Of a DNA stretch of 64,000 nucleotides, positions 9,055 to 18,519 are shown one piece after another. The stretch covers positions 35,800 to 99,799 of the forward strand of contig CAZMMZ010000001.1 of the NCBI GenBank assembly GCA_964567575.1. The letters are read 5' to 3'. Position numbers and translations under genes: made by a program. The notes beneath the pieces were generated by a model, which saw only the letters and a program-made list of their open reading frames with translations, ran no database searches and was not told the origin of the DNA. Position 1 is the first letter of the stretch. Each line of letters starts with the position of its first letter. This DNA comes from Candidatus Undinarchaeota archaeon (lineage in GTDB: Archaea; Undinarchaeota; Undinarchaeia; Undinarchaeales; UBA543).

Positions 9055-11169
9055 ATGAAGATAACTGAAGTTTCTGACAAGTATCCAGTATTGAAAGGGG
9101 TGGTGCAGAGACTTCAGGAGGTGGATGGAATTGATGAGCTTTATCCGCCACAGAAAGAGGCAATTGAATCTGGATTTCTTGATGGGAAAAATCTTGTTCT
9201 TAGTATCCCAACTGCTTCTGGTAAAACTTTGATTGCAGAGCTTGCTTTAATGAATGAAACGTTCAAAGGAAAAAAAGCAATTTATCTTTCCCCGCTCCGC
9301 GCGTTGGCTAGTGAAAAGTATGAAGAAATGACTGAGAAATATGGCAAGCTCGCTAAAATCGGAATTGCCATAGGAGAGTATGATTCTACTGGAGCAGATT
9401 TGAAAGATTATGATATTTTGATTTTAACAAATGAAAAGATGGATGCACTAATGCGTCACGGACCAGAGTGGTTAAATGACCTTGGTTTGGTTGTAATTGA
9501 TGAAGTGCATCTTATTCAGGATAAAGGGCGAGGACCGACATTGGAAATTGTCACAACAAAACTGATGGATCGAAATATGCAGTTCTTAGCACTTAGCGCA
9601 ACAATTGAAAATAGTGATGAAATTGCAAAGTGGTTGAACGCAGAACTTGTTAAATCAGACTTTCGGCCAGTGAAACTTTCTCGTGGTATTTTTCTTAATA
9701 ATGAAATTTCTTTCAAAGAGAAAGAGAATTATAAATTTAAGGAAGCACCCCCTCGTACAACTCCCTTAGCACTTCTAACAACAGACATTGTTCAAAACAA
9801 GGCACAGTCGCTCATATTCGTTAATGCGCGCAGAAGTGCTGAAAAAGAAGCTGAAGAAAATTCCAAAGAAATTTTCCCACTTCTAGATGATGAAACAAAA
9901 AAAGAACTTGAAACACTTGCTAAAAAAATTGAATCTGTTCTTGACAGTCCAACAAAGCAATGTAAACGCCTTGCAAAGTGTGTAAGAAATGGGGCAGCGT
10001 TTCATCACGCCGGACTCCATTCAAAACAGAGATCGTTAATTGAAAATAATTTCAAGAAAAATAATTTGAAACTAATTTGCGCAACACCAACACTCGCTGC
10101 TGGTGTGAATCTCCCAAGCAAACGTGTGGTAATTCGAGATTACAAACGCTATGGGAATTTTGGAATGGAACCAATCCCGATTCATGAAATCCACCAAATG
10201 TTTGGACGGGCTGGGCGACCAAAATATGATACAGAAGGAGAAGCGGTTTTGCTAGCACGGACAGTTGATGAATTTGATCAGTTGTGGGATCATTATATTG
10301 ATGGGCGACCAGACCCGGTTACAAGCAAACTTGGGGTTGAGCCAACAATGCGAACGCACATCCTTGGTTTAATTGCAGAACAAGAAAGAACAAAAAAACA
10401 ACTCTTTGAATTTTTTGGACGAACATTTTATGCATTGCAATATTCCGATACAGAAGCTCTTGAGCAAATTATTGAAAAGATTTTAGATAGTTTGTTTAAG
10501 TGGGATTTTATTGATCATAGAAATAATCGGTTCAAATGCACGCGACTTGGTTCTCGTGTAGCTCAGCTTTATTTAGACCCATTAACTGCATTTGAATTCA
10601 TGCGAATGCTTGAACGCAACCCAGATGATGATTTGGTTATTCTCACAATTCTCTCAGATTCTGCAGAAATGCGTCCACTTTCAGGGATTCGCAGAGGCGA
10701 GGAATCACTCTTGTATGAAGAGTTTGAAAAGTATGATCTGGGGGATGAGCAGCTTCGAGCTTTCAAAAACGCATTTGTGTTTTGTGAATGGATGCAAGAG
10801 AAAACAGACGATTATATTTTTGATACATTTGGAATGCCACCAGGAACTTTTAGGATGAAATTAAATACAGCAGATTGGTTGATGTATGCCTGCTCTGAAA
10901 TCGCTCGGCTTAGTGGACGAGATAAAATGATTGATAAAATGAATATTCTTAGAAAGCGATTGAAGTACGGGGTCAAGCTCGAACTCTTACCACTAATTCG
11001 AATTCGAAATATTGGAAGAGCACGAGCAAGGAAGCTACATTCTGATGGAATAAAAACTGTTGATGATATTAAAACATCAAACGCTGAAAAACTTTCAACT
11101 ATTCTGGGAAAGAAAGTTGCATTCAAAATTATGAATCAGTTGGATATGAATCCGCAAACCGAGCTTTAA
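9055..11169 (+). CDS. hel308: Ski2-like DNA helicase Hel308
   Basis: 704 aa with Walker A PTASGKT, DEVH box (VIDEVHLI), helicase C motifs (HHAGL, TPTLAAGVNLP, QMFGRAGRP) and a C-terminal HhH-like domain. Confidence 0.85.
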   Translation: MKITEVSDKYPVLKGVVQRLQEVDGIDELYPPQKEAIESGFLDGKNLVLSIPTASGKTLIAELALMNETFKGKKAIYLSPLRALASEKYEEMTEKYGKLAKIGIAIGEYDSTGADLKDYDILILTNEKMDALMRHGPEWLNDLGLVVIDEVHLIQDKGRGPTLEIVTTKLMDRNMQFLALSATIENSDEIAKWLNAELVKSDFRPVKLSRGIFLNNEISFKEKENYKFKEAPPRTTPLALLTTDIVQNKAQSLIFVNARRSAEKEAEENSKEIFPLLDDETKKELETLAKKIESVLDSPTKQCKRLAKCVRNGAAFHHAGLHSKQRSLIENNFKKNNLKLICATPTLAAGVNLPSKRVVIRDYKRYGNFGMEPIPIHEIHQMFGRAGRPKYDTEGEAVLLARTVDEFDQLWDHYIDGRPDPVTSKLGVEPTMRTHILGLIAEQERTKKQLFEFFGRTFYALQYSDTEALEQIIEKILDSLFKWDFIDHRNNRFKCTRLGSRVAQLYLDPLTAFEFMRMLERNPDDDLVILTILSDSAEMRPLSGIRRGEESLLYEEFEKYDLGDEQLRAFKNAFVFCEWMQEKTDDYIFDTFGMPPGTFRMKLNTADWLMYACSEIARLSGRDKMIDKMNILRKRLKYGVKLELLPLIRIRNIGRARARKLHSDGIKTVDDIKTSNAEKLSTILGKKVAFKIMNQLDMNPQTEL

Positions 11170-11750
11170 ATTATTTTATAATGTTGCGCTACTAGCCAGA
11201 AAATTCCGTGGGCTATTGTTACCAAGAAGATATTTGGGAAAATAACGTAAACTGTGCTTAACATAATTCCCATCCCAAGAGTAAGCCAGACAATTTTCCA
11301 GCTGCGGAAAGAAATATGTGCAAAACTAAAAATAAACGACATTATTGCAATTGCAATAAAACCAGAAATATTAAAACTTAGAAGAAGTGGAAATAGCACA
11401 CCTCTAAAAATAATTTCCTGTGCAGGTACGAACCACATTCCTTTATAGGAATTAATGTCTTTCCCCATAATTTTTTTGTAACCAACAGAATACCTGTTTT
11501 GTTTGAAATATGCAGCTACACCAAAGGAGAGGAAGAATGCAATATAGTAATAACCATCTGCTTCCAGAATATTATCGATTCTAAACCCTAACTCATGAAA
11601 AGTGAAACCGGAATACCATGCCACAAAAACTGCAAACGCGGCTGCACCAAGAAAAACCCAACGATGGTGTTTCATTGAAAATAATTTAAAGAAAATAATA
11701 AGTGGGATTAAAATGTACAGAGATAATAAAATGAGTTTAAGGATCATCAA
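11166..11750 (-). CDS. CPBP family intramembrane glutamic endopeptidase (CAAX protease-like)
   Basis: Polytopic ORF with EIIFRGVLFP and FSFAHISF motifs. Confidence 0.7.
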   Translation of the reverse strand: MMILKLILLSLYILIPLIIFFKLFSMKHHRWVFLGAAAFAVFVAWYSGFTFHELGFRIDNILEADGYYYIAFFLSFGVAAYFKQNRYSVGYKKIMGKDINSYKGMWFVPAQEIIFRGVLFPLLLSFNISGFIAIAIMSFIFSFAHISFRSWKIVWLTLGMGIMLSTVYVIFPNIFLVTIAHGIFWLVAQHYKII

Positions 11751-11825
11751 TAACTATCGGGAAAATAGAGTTATTAAGGTTGCGGAAAAGAATAAAAACT
11801 CTGAAAGATAGAAAAACCTAGTATT

Positions 11826-11912
11826 GCGGGGGTACCAAAGCGGTCAAATGGGCAGGGTTTAGGACCCTGTGACTTAGTGTCTTCGAGAGTTCGATTCTCT
11901 TCCCCCGCACCA
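11826..11912 (+). tRNA. tRNA-Leu (anticodon TAG), CCA encoded
   Basis: Hand-folded cloverleaf: acceptor GCGGGGG/CCCCCGC, anticodon stem CAGGG/CCCTG with loop TTTAGGA, long variable arm, T-arm GAGAG-TTCGATT-CTCTT. Confidence 0.85.
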
Positions 11913-11921
11913 CTTTTACAA

Positions 11922-12071
11922 ATGACAATAAAAATACGATGCCCGGATTGCGGAAGAAATAGAAACTTTTTACCAACTACACAAAACAAAGATGTTTGGA
12001 GTGCTCAATGTTTTTTCTGTGGAAAACGTTTCAAAGTTTGTCCAAAGAATAAACCAGCGAGAGTTGTTTAA
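11922..12071 (+). CDS. small zinc-ribbon protein (49 aa)
   Basis: ATG 10 nt after the tRNA CCA. MTIKIRCPDCGRNRNFLPTTQNKDVWSAQCFFCGKRFKV has CPDC...CFFC. The longer track ORF (11877) would overlap the tRNA. Confidence 0.5.
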   Translation: MTIKIRCPDCGRNRNFLPTTQNKDVWSAQCFFCGKRFKVCPKNKPARVV

Positions 12072-12127
12072 TTTTAACCTGTGGGCATATAGAAACTCTT
12101 TTTAACTTAAGATAAGTACAAAGATTA

Positions 12128-12331
12128 ATGAAAGTCAAATTCCGAGCAAAGCGGTTCACAGAATTTTTAGTATTTTTTGTTATGACGATTTTATTTTTTA
12201 GGCTTTTAGTTCTCGTAATAGGAGATAAATCAATATTATTATTTGGAAACGAAATACACCACTTTTACATTGGCGTGTTTTTGTTCTCTTTTCCGGGTAT
12301 TTACAATTTTTCTCAGAAGATAAAACTTTAG
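12128..12331 (+). CDS. small membrane protein, possible 5' half of a split gene
   Basis: 67-aa hydrophobic ORF ending in TAG just after an A4 run. Confidence 0.4.
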   Translation: MKVKFRAKRFTEFLVFFVMTILFFRLLVLVIGDKSILLFGNEIHHFYIGVFLFSFPGIYNFSQKIKL

Positions 12332-12342
12332 ATAAAATTAAT

Positions 12343-12567
12343 ATGATGGTTTTTGCAATTGGGGCAGGGATGATTGTAGATGAAAGTATTTTTTTAATTG
12401 CAACCGCAGGAAAACATATTGATTACTTTTCAATGCGCTCACTGCTTGGAGCAATAATTATGAGCTTGGTGCTGATTTCCGCGTTCTACTTAATAGCACA
12501 GAAAGGAGCTTTGAAACCTACCGAAACCGAAACCCATACTCGCGGCGTAACTTTAAGTTGTTTTTGA
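12343..12567 (+). CDS. small membrane protein, possible 3' half of a split gene
   Basis: 74-aa hydrophobic ORF. Its frame is open upstream back to 12223, overlapping the preceding ORF. Confidence 0.4.
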   Translation: MMVFAIGAGMIVDESIFLIATAGKHIDYFSMRSLLGAIIMSLVLISAFYLIAQKGALKPTETETHTRGVTLSCF

Positions 12568-13291
12568 AAATATGAAAACTAGATTTGCGCATGTGTTTGT
12601 TGTGGGGGTGATTTATTATTAGTTGTTTTTCCTGGTCAAGAGAATCCAAGAAACTGTTTGTGGAAAACCCCTCAACAACAACAAGAGCGCTGCCTAAAGT
12701 TTCAAGAACATGCGCATCGCTTCCAACAATGGGGGTGAGATTATTTTTTTTGACCCACGTTTTCATAAGAAGATTTCGATCTTCCCTTAATGCAGAATTA
12801 TGAGATTCAGCAGCATCTAAATGTTTGAGAAGGCCCGGGCTATTATCAAAGAAAACATGACTATTTTTTGGTTTTAGCCCATGTGGGTGTGGTAGAACAA
12901 TCTTGCAGTTGTAATTTTCTTTTGTAAGTAATAATTCTTCGTTGGTTAAACGAGTGCGATTAAAATTAAAAATATTATTTGAAATTTTATTTGGTTCAAC
13001 GTGTTTTTTGTAATATTCTTCAAGCTCAGACAAATTATAAAAATAAAGAAGAAAATCAGCATACGTTGATGAAGTGATCTCAACCCCAGGAACAGCGCAG
13101 TTCATTTCCTTGTGGTGTTTTTGCACAGCTCGAATGTCATTATGATCCATAAAAATGAGGTTGAATCCTTTTTTCTTAGCATATGCTAACATTAGCTCTG
13201 ACTGCACGCTTCCATCAGAAAAGTGTGAGTGACAGTGTGGATCTACAAGAGTACGCCCCTCTTTTTTGTACTCATCAAGCCTTAGGTCCAT
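12518..13291 (-). CDS. PHP domain metal-dependent phosphoesterase
   Basis: N-terminal VDPHCHSHFSDGS motif and a later GSDAHVLETLG. Confidence 0.75.
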   Translation of the reverse strand: MDLRLDEYKKEGRTLVDPHCHSHFSDGSVQSELMLAYAKKKGFNLIFMDHNDIRAVQKHHKEMNCAVPGVEITSSTYADFLLYFYNLSELEEYYKKHVEPNKISNNIFNFNRTRLTNEELLLTKENYNCKIVLPHPHGLKPKNSHVFFDNSPGLLKHLDAAESHNSALREDRNLLMKTWVKKNNLTPIVGSDAHVLETLGSALVVVEGFSTNSFLDSLDQEKQLIINHPHNKHMRKSSFHIFKNNLKLRREYGFRFR

Positions 13292-13328
13292 AGATACAAA
13301 AAGTGCTTGTGTTCACATATAAATGTTT

Positions 13329-14495
13329 TTAATTCAACCATCGCATTACCAAATAGACCCAAACAAAAGTTAGCATATATTGATCAAATCCTATTTCTAT
13401 CCACACCAAACTAAATGCTAGCAAAATTGGATAAAATATTTTCATTAGTGGTTCATCTTTTACAAAAGAGGTGTATGCGTTCCCCAAAATAAATCCTAAA
13501 CCAAGCATACATGCTAATGCAAACAGTGGCCCGAATTCCATTAAAGGGGGGCCAAGGAATGTGGACGTCAGAGAATTTTTCGCACCTAAATATTCTCCAA
13601 GATAATCTCTAGGTCTAGCATGACCAATTAAGAATTGACCTTGCTCAACTCCAAAGGGAATGCTATCACTAAGCACTTGCTCATAGACCTGGTGGGTTGT
13701 TGCAGCGCGGTAAGGTAAGAGCGTAGCTGGGTTTGCAAGACCAGATACAAAGAAGCCAATGAACATTACAATAAGAAGCGCAGATACAAGTGGAATTAAA
13801 ACTGTTTTGTTGTTCAGGGCTTTTTTCTTGTATGCTACAATTGACCCGCTTAGAAGCACAAGAAGAATAGCAATTCTAAAACCAGTTAATGCAAATAATG
13901 CTGTGCTAGCAATAATCCAGAAATAAATTTGATTTTTTTTCTTAAGATGAAATAGCAAACCAACATAACCAAAAAGGTAAAAGAAAATTGCACCAGACCA
14001 GGCCCACGCTTTGTCAAGGTTTACACGAAGGGCTGTTTGGAAAAGTGGAAGGCCGCCAATTTGGAAAAATGTAAAAACAAGAAATGCAAATCCAACAGCT
14101 AAAAGAGCTTTGTAAAAATTAATAGGGAGTCTTCTCCATTTGGAAATTTGTTTTGAAAAGTGATACAATAATTCAAAAGCAAGAAGACAGATTGCAAACG
14201 ATAATATCCAAGTTATATTGAAAAAGTTTGAAAGGATTGGTGTATAATAAATTGCAAGAATTGTGATAAATGCAAGGACAAAATATGGATGAATTTTTTT
14301 ACGTTTGAATTTTTTAGAAAGTGTAAGACCAAGGTAAAATGTTAAGAGAGAAAGAATAACAAATCCAATTCCAAATAATGTTGGTTTTCCAATGTTTTTC
14401 CAATAAACAAAACCAGCACCGGCTAGTGCTAAGAACCCGATATAAAAAACTAAAAAAGATTCTGGTTTGAATATATTAATTTTGGAGAGTTTCAT
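13329..14495 (-). CDS. polytopic membrane protein (possibly O-antigen polymerase/ligase-like)
   Basis: 388 aa with about 10 hydrophobic segments. The function guess rests only on topology and the glycan-gene neighbourhood. Confidence 0.45.
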   Translation of the reverse strand: MKLSKINIFKPESFLVFYIGFLALAGAGFVYWKNIGKPTLFGIGFVILSLLTFYLGLTLSKKFKRKKIHPYFVLAFITILAIYYTPILSNFFNITWILSFAICLLAFELLYHFSKQISKWRRLPINFYKALLAVGFAFLVFTFFQIGGLPLFQTALRVNLDKAWAWSGAIFFYLFGYVGLLFHLKKKNQIYFWIIASTALFALTGFRIAILLVLLSGSIVAYKKKALNNKTVLIPLVSALLIVMFIGFFVSGLANPATLLPYRAATTHQVYEQVLSDSIPFGVEQGQFLIGHARPRDYLGEYLGAKNSLTSTFLGPPLMEFGPLFALACMLGLGFILGNAYTSFVKDEPLMKIFYPILLAFSLVWIEIGFDQYMLTFVWVYLVMRWLN

Positions 14496-14503
14496 TTTCT
14501 ACT

Positions 14504-15661
14504 TTATTTTATTTTGCGGTACATTTTCTCTGTCCCAGTGTAAACCACTGCAATGTAACTTAGAGAGAAGTATCCAACAACATAAGTAATCATATAATAT
14601 GCTGCGCGATCAAGAAGAACTGCAGCTGTTATTGTACTTGCTGGAACGCCAAGCATTGACATAAGCAATATCACTGCGCTTTCAAATGCGCCAGTTCCAC
14701 CAGGAACAAATATTAAGAAACCAAGAGTCATGCTGACAGTTACAACCGCAACCAAGCGAAGGAATGGAACGTGGAAACCCATTCCTTTGAAAAGTAACCA
14801 GAGACCAAGTGCTTGAAGAGGGTACCACAATAATGCAGCAACCAAAGTTTTAGAAATTGTTTTTCGATCTTTTGACAGCCGTTTTAGAGTTTTAATAAAT
14901 GTTTTTCTCTTTAAATGAAGATTTTTTACAAACGCATCAGCAGATTTAAAGTGTTTTCGAAGTATTTTTAAGAAGCGGAAGTGGTAAAGCCAAATAAGGA
15001 CTTTGTTGAACCTTTTTTTGTTCTTACTAATTTTGAAAATAACTAAAACAACAACTATGGCAAAAATTAGCGCAATAAAAAACCAACCAATAAGGAAATA
15101 TCGTAGTTTTTCAATTTGAATAGAGAATAATAAAAAGAGTGTTGAAAGTGTCATGAAAATTGCAGCTGCAACTAAGAACACTAAACTATCCATCCCATAG
15201 ATTCCCATACAAACAGAACCACGCGCACCTGTGGCTTTTTCAAGATAGTATGCTTTAAGTGGTTCACCCCCAACACTTGGGCCTGGCGTAAGTTGATTTA
15301 TTAGTGACCCAGCCAAATGGATTGGCAACAGTTTCCAATAGCTGATTTTCTTAATGTTTCTAGTTAAGAGGTATGCCTTGTAATTAAATAGCATAAGAGA
15401 TGCTACTTTTGTTAAGAACATTAAAACAATAAACCAGATATTGATAAGTGCAATTGTTCTGAAAATTGCACCATATCCAATAAATTTTAGAAGTATAATT
15501 AGAACTACAAAACCAACCAGCGTGAGCAGGAAGTTTCGTTTCAAGTTTTTGATAAATTTTGGTGTCTTTGCAGCCACAAAACTTGATTTGGATTTCTTCT
15601 TATATACCTTTTCCCAAGCAAAGTTAAGTTTCATAAAACTATTTAACTGAAATACTGTCAA
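14504..15661 (-). CDS. flippase-like domain membrane protein (LPG-synthase-TM/UPF0104 family)
   Basis: 385-aa polytopic ORF with LTPGPSVGGEPLKAYYL and VPGGTGAFE motifs. Confidence 0.6.
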   Translation of the reverse strand: MTVFQLNSFMKLNFAWEKVYKKKSKSSFVAAKTPKFIKNLKRNFLLTLVGFVVLIILLKFIGYGAIFRTIALINIWFIVLMFLTKVASLMLFNYKAYLLTRNIKKISYWKLLPIHLAGSLINQLTPGPSVGGEPLKAYYLEKATGARGSVCMGIYGMDSLVFLVAAAIFMTLSTLFLLFSIQIEKLRYFLIGWFFIALIFAIVVVLVIFKISKNKKRFNKVLIWLYHFRFLKILRKHFKSADAFVKNLHLKRKTFIKTLKRLSKDRKTISKTLVAALLWYPLQALGLWLLFKGMGFHVPFLRLVAVVTVSMTLGFLIFVPGGTGAFESAVILLMSMLGVPASTITAAVLLDRAAYYMITYVVGYFSLSYIAVVYTGTEKMYRKIK

Positions 15662-15671
15662 GCAAGATACA

Positions 15672-16388
15672 ATGATTGGATTAATACCTGCAGCAGGAAC
15701 TGGTTCACGGCTTGGAGAACTTACAAAAGATACACCAAAAGAGTTGCTCCCAGTTGGAGAAAAACCTATTATCGAGCATGTGCTGGATCAATTTAAAGAG
15801 GCTGGAATAACAAAAGTGTTTATTATTATTGGACCTGGCAAACATGCAATAATGGATTACTTTGGTAATGGGCAGCGTTTCGGTTTTGAGATTTCATATT
15901 TATTCCAAGAAAAACCAGAAGGTTTAGCAAAAGCAATTAATGAAAGTAAGGCCTTCATAGATGATGATTTTGCAGTTGTTCTCGGAGACAATCTCCTTTT
16001 TCCCAAAACTCTTTTGAAAGATGTTATCGCTGAAAAAGTTGCAACTGGTGCAGATATCATGCTTGTTGGACGAGAGGTTCATGATCCAGAGCGATTTGGA
16101 GTTATAGAATCTGAAGATGGAAAAGTTGTTGGACTTGAAGAAAAACCAAAAAACCCAAAAACAAGCAATGCAATTGTAGGTATGTATGTTTTCAGCCCTG
16201 AAATTTTTGAAGCGATTGCAAAAACACAACCAGGCGCCAAAGGAGAATATCAAATCACAGATTCAATTAAAATTATGTTAGAAGAAGGAAAGAATATTAG
16301 AGTTACTTCACATAAAGGAGAATGGGTTGATATTGGAACAAAAGAAAGTTATGAGGCAGCTAATGAATCTTTGAAGGAGAAACAATGA
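15672..16388 (+). CDS. sugar-phosphate nucleotidyltransferase (glucose-1-phosphate thymidylyl/uridylyltransferase-like)
   Basis: N-terminal GLIPAAGTGSRLGELTKDTPKELLPVG signature. 238 aa. Confidence 0.8.
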   Translation: MIGLIPAAGTGSRLGELTKDTPKELLPVGEKPIIEHVLDQFKEAGITKVFIIIGPGKHAIMDYFGNGQRFGFEISYLFQEKPEGLAKAINESKAFIDDDFAVVLGDNLLFPKTLLKDVIAEKVATGADIMLVGREVHDPERFGVIESEDGKVVGLEEKPKNPKTSNAIVGMYVFSPEIFEAIAKTQPGAKGEYQITDSIKIMLEEGKNIRVTSHKGEWVDIGTKESYEAANESLKEKQ

Positions 16389-16723
16389 AAAAAACAACAC
16401 TTGATAAATTTGCAGAAATCTCTGAACTCGTGAAATCGAATGACATTTATGATATTCATGATTTGAAATTAAATCATTTAACGGTTTCAACAACAAGGCT
16501 GCATTCAGGAAAAGAAACACGCGGCCATACTCATCCTGGTGATCAAGAAGAAATCTATATTTGTTTAGAAGGTTCTGGAAAGATTATTATTGGAGAAGTT
16601 GAAAGCTCTTTTGAAAAAGGAGATTTGCTTGCAATTGAATCTGGTGAATTTCATAAAGTAATAAATGATTCAGAAACGGATTTAGTGTTTTTATGTGTTT
16701 TTGAAAAGTACGAACGAAAGTAG
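16385..16723 (+). CDS. cupin domain protein
   Basis: GHTHPGDQEEIYICLEGSG...GEFHKVIN cupin motifs. 4-nt overlap with the upstream gene. Confidence 0.65.
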   Translation: MKKTTLDKFAEISELVKSNDIYDIHDLKLNHLTVSTTRLHSGKETRGHTHPGDQEEIYICLEGSGKIIIGEVESSFEKGDLLAIESGEFHKVINDSETDLVFLCVFEKYERK

Positions 16724-16760
16724 AAATAGTTAAATAGGTTGAGAAGAATAGAAGAATATT

Positions 16761-17093
16761 ATGGAATATTATCGATTAACTATTACAATAAAAAAAATCC
16801 CAACTAAATTATATTCTGACTTTGAAGAAGATGTGGAAAAGAAAATAGAAGAGAATGAAAGTGAAAAGGGATTATTTAGATATAAAATAGCGATGGTAGC
16901 AGCGGGTTGGGTTCTTGAAGATTGTGAGATTGTTCTTGCCGGAGATTTAGAACGCATAAAAGCTGTAAGAGATAGTATTGTTTCTTTAGCAAAACCAAGA
17001 TACACCGGTGGACTGCGAAAGCGATACATAACTAAATTATCTGACATTGAAAAAATGGAAGGAGAATCAATAAATTTGGATAGCGATCTTTAG
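16761..17093 (+). CDS. hypothetical protein
   Basis: 110-aa ORF with no recognisable motif. An antisense ORF of similar length exists. Confidence 0.35.
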   Translation: MEYYRLTITIKKIPTKLYSDFEEDVEKKIEENESEKGLFRYKIAMVAAGWVLEDCEIVLAGDLERIKAVRDSIVSLAKPRYTGGLRKRYITKLSDIEKMEGESINLDSDL

Positions 17094-17098
17094 ATAAT

Positions 17099-17533
17099 TT
17101 ATTCTTCCAAAACAGTTCGTCTGAATTCTGTGAAATCTGTTAAAAGTTTATTAATTTCTTCATCAATTTGTGCTTTCAATTCTCCAGGTACAACACCACT
17201 TGGTGGTTTTTCCCATTTGATCCCGGCTGGTGGTGCGCCGGTTGCATCAATTTCAATTGCGCAAAGAATTTCATAACAAAACCACGCATCTTTTGTAAGT
17301 TTTAACCCACCGGTTCTAATCGGTTGGCTTTTCTGTGATTTCTGTTCTGCTTTAGAAATGTAATTTCCTTCAAAATCGCCAGCCCACTCTTTCATTTTCA
17401 AGCCAGCGTCGTGTATAATATCTGCATCAACAACTCCAGTTGTATGATTCATAGCACCGCGAATAGTGTGACGAATTGATCTTAAAGTTGTTTCAAGTTC
17501 TCGCATTGTAGGCATAGTATTATTTTTAATCAA
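17099..17533 (-). CDS. hypothetical protein
   Basis: 144-aa ORF with no recognisable motif. Confidence 0.45.
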   Translation of the reverse strand: MIKNNTMPTMRELETTLRSIRHTIRGAMNHTTGVVDADIIHDAGLKMKEWAGDFEGNYISKAEQKSQKSQPIRTGGLKLTKDAWFCYEILCAIEIDATGAPPAGIKWEKPPSGVVPGELKAQIDEEINKLLTDFTEFRRTVLEE

Positions 17534-17614
17534 AGAACTACTTAAACATGTTGATAGTGACTATTGTGTTTTTTATCAAAAACCTTATAAATACTTACCA
17601 TATAGTAAATAAAC

Positions 17615-17971
17615 ATGGATAAAAAGAAAGATGGCCGCGGCCGCCCTGTAAAATCGCTAATACGTGACCGAATGCAACAAATTGTTGATGCACTCGGTGC
17701 AGCATATGGATATGAAGTTTACAAAATTTATCGAGCTGTTTTTGAGCCAGTAAGTGTGCGTTCAATGTATTATCATTTTAAACGTGGTGTGCAGCTTGGA
17801 GAATTCAAAGAAGTTGGGGCGCGACAAGAACCTGGACCATTTACTTGGGGTCGAGAGAGTACACATATTTATTATTCTCTTGGAGACGCTGCAAGTCACA
17901 AGGCAAATGTGGAAATTCAAAACAAAATTAAGGAAATTGGATTTGAATATAGAGATCCTTTGAAATTATAA
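17615..17971 (+). CDS. small putative DNA-binding protein (AT-hook-like GRGRP N-terminus)
   Basis: 118 aa beginning MDKKKDGRGRPVKSLIRDR. Ends at the boundary of the predicted origin. Confidence 0.5.
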   Translation: MDKKKDGRGRPVKSLIRDRMQQIVDALGAAYGYEVYKIYRAVFEPVSVRSMYYHFKRGVQLGEFKEVGARQEPGPFTWGRESTHIYYSLGDAASHKANVEIQNKIKEIGFEYRDPLKL

Positions 17972-18504
17972 AGAATTGTTTAATTTTTTGAAAATTTAAT
18001 AAAATGTTTATTTATTTTCCATATTGTAAATAAAAGATAAACACAGACTCCTTTGTTTCCTTTGGAAATATATATGTTGTTGTGGGTTTTATTTTTTTTT
18101 ATTATTATATTCTATATGGTTAATAAATATATATATAAGGGCTTTTTCACAACCAAGATTTCATGTGGAAATCACAAACAACCCCTTAATTTCGTGTGGA
18201 CGGCTCTTTGTTTCGAGTTTTTTGAAGTTTTTCACCTAATTTTTAACACCTACGTTGATGTTAATTTTTTTTGCACTGGAAAACATACTCACCTACACAT
18301 AAAAACTAACATAAAACCACAACCAAGAACCCCTTTATTTCCACTGAAACACATTTTACCCCCATTTCATCTGAAAACCTAAAAATAGTTCCATAAGAAA
18401 CAAAGGGGACACACCCTCACAACAAAGCTTATATACCTTAATTTCATATGCACATTGTAAGCAGGAAGTGGGGAATGGCACTTTAATGTTTACTAACTCT
18501 ATGG
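17972..18504. other. predicted chromosomal replication origin (oriC) with ORB-like repeats and a DUE
   Basis: 533-bp non-coding gap directly upstream of orc1/cdc6. ORB-like TTTC[CA]nnTGGAAA elements at 18056, 18159, 18190, 18269, 18338, 18365 and 18388. CACAACCAAGA repeated at 18148 and 18318. Confidence 0.6.
18087..18138. other. candidate duplex unwinding element (near-pure A/T tract)
   Basis: 52 nt with only 3 G/C (ttttattttttttt attattatat tctatatggt taataaatat atatataa), between ORB-like elements at 18056 and 18159. Confidence 0.5.
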
Positions 18505-18519
18505 GTGGGGTTTAGTTAC

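Noticed and set aside
11774-11989. ORFs overlapping tRNA-Leu (11774-11989 on the minus strand, 11877 start on the plus strand)
   Set aside because: They overlap a well-folding tRNA. The + strand ORF is retained only from the internal ATG at 11922.
18053-18382. 109-aa ORF inside the orc1-upstream gap
   Set aside because: It lies across the A/T tract and ORB-like repeats with an implausible composition (poly-F/I/Y). It is better explained as non-coding origin DNA.
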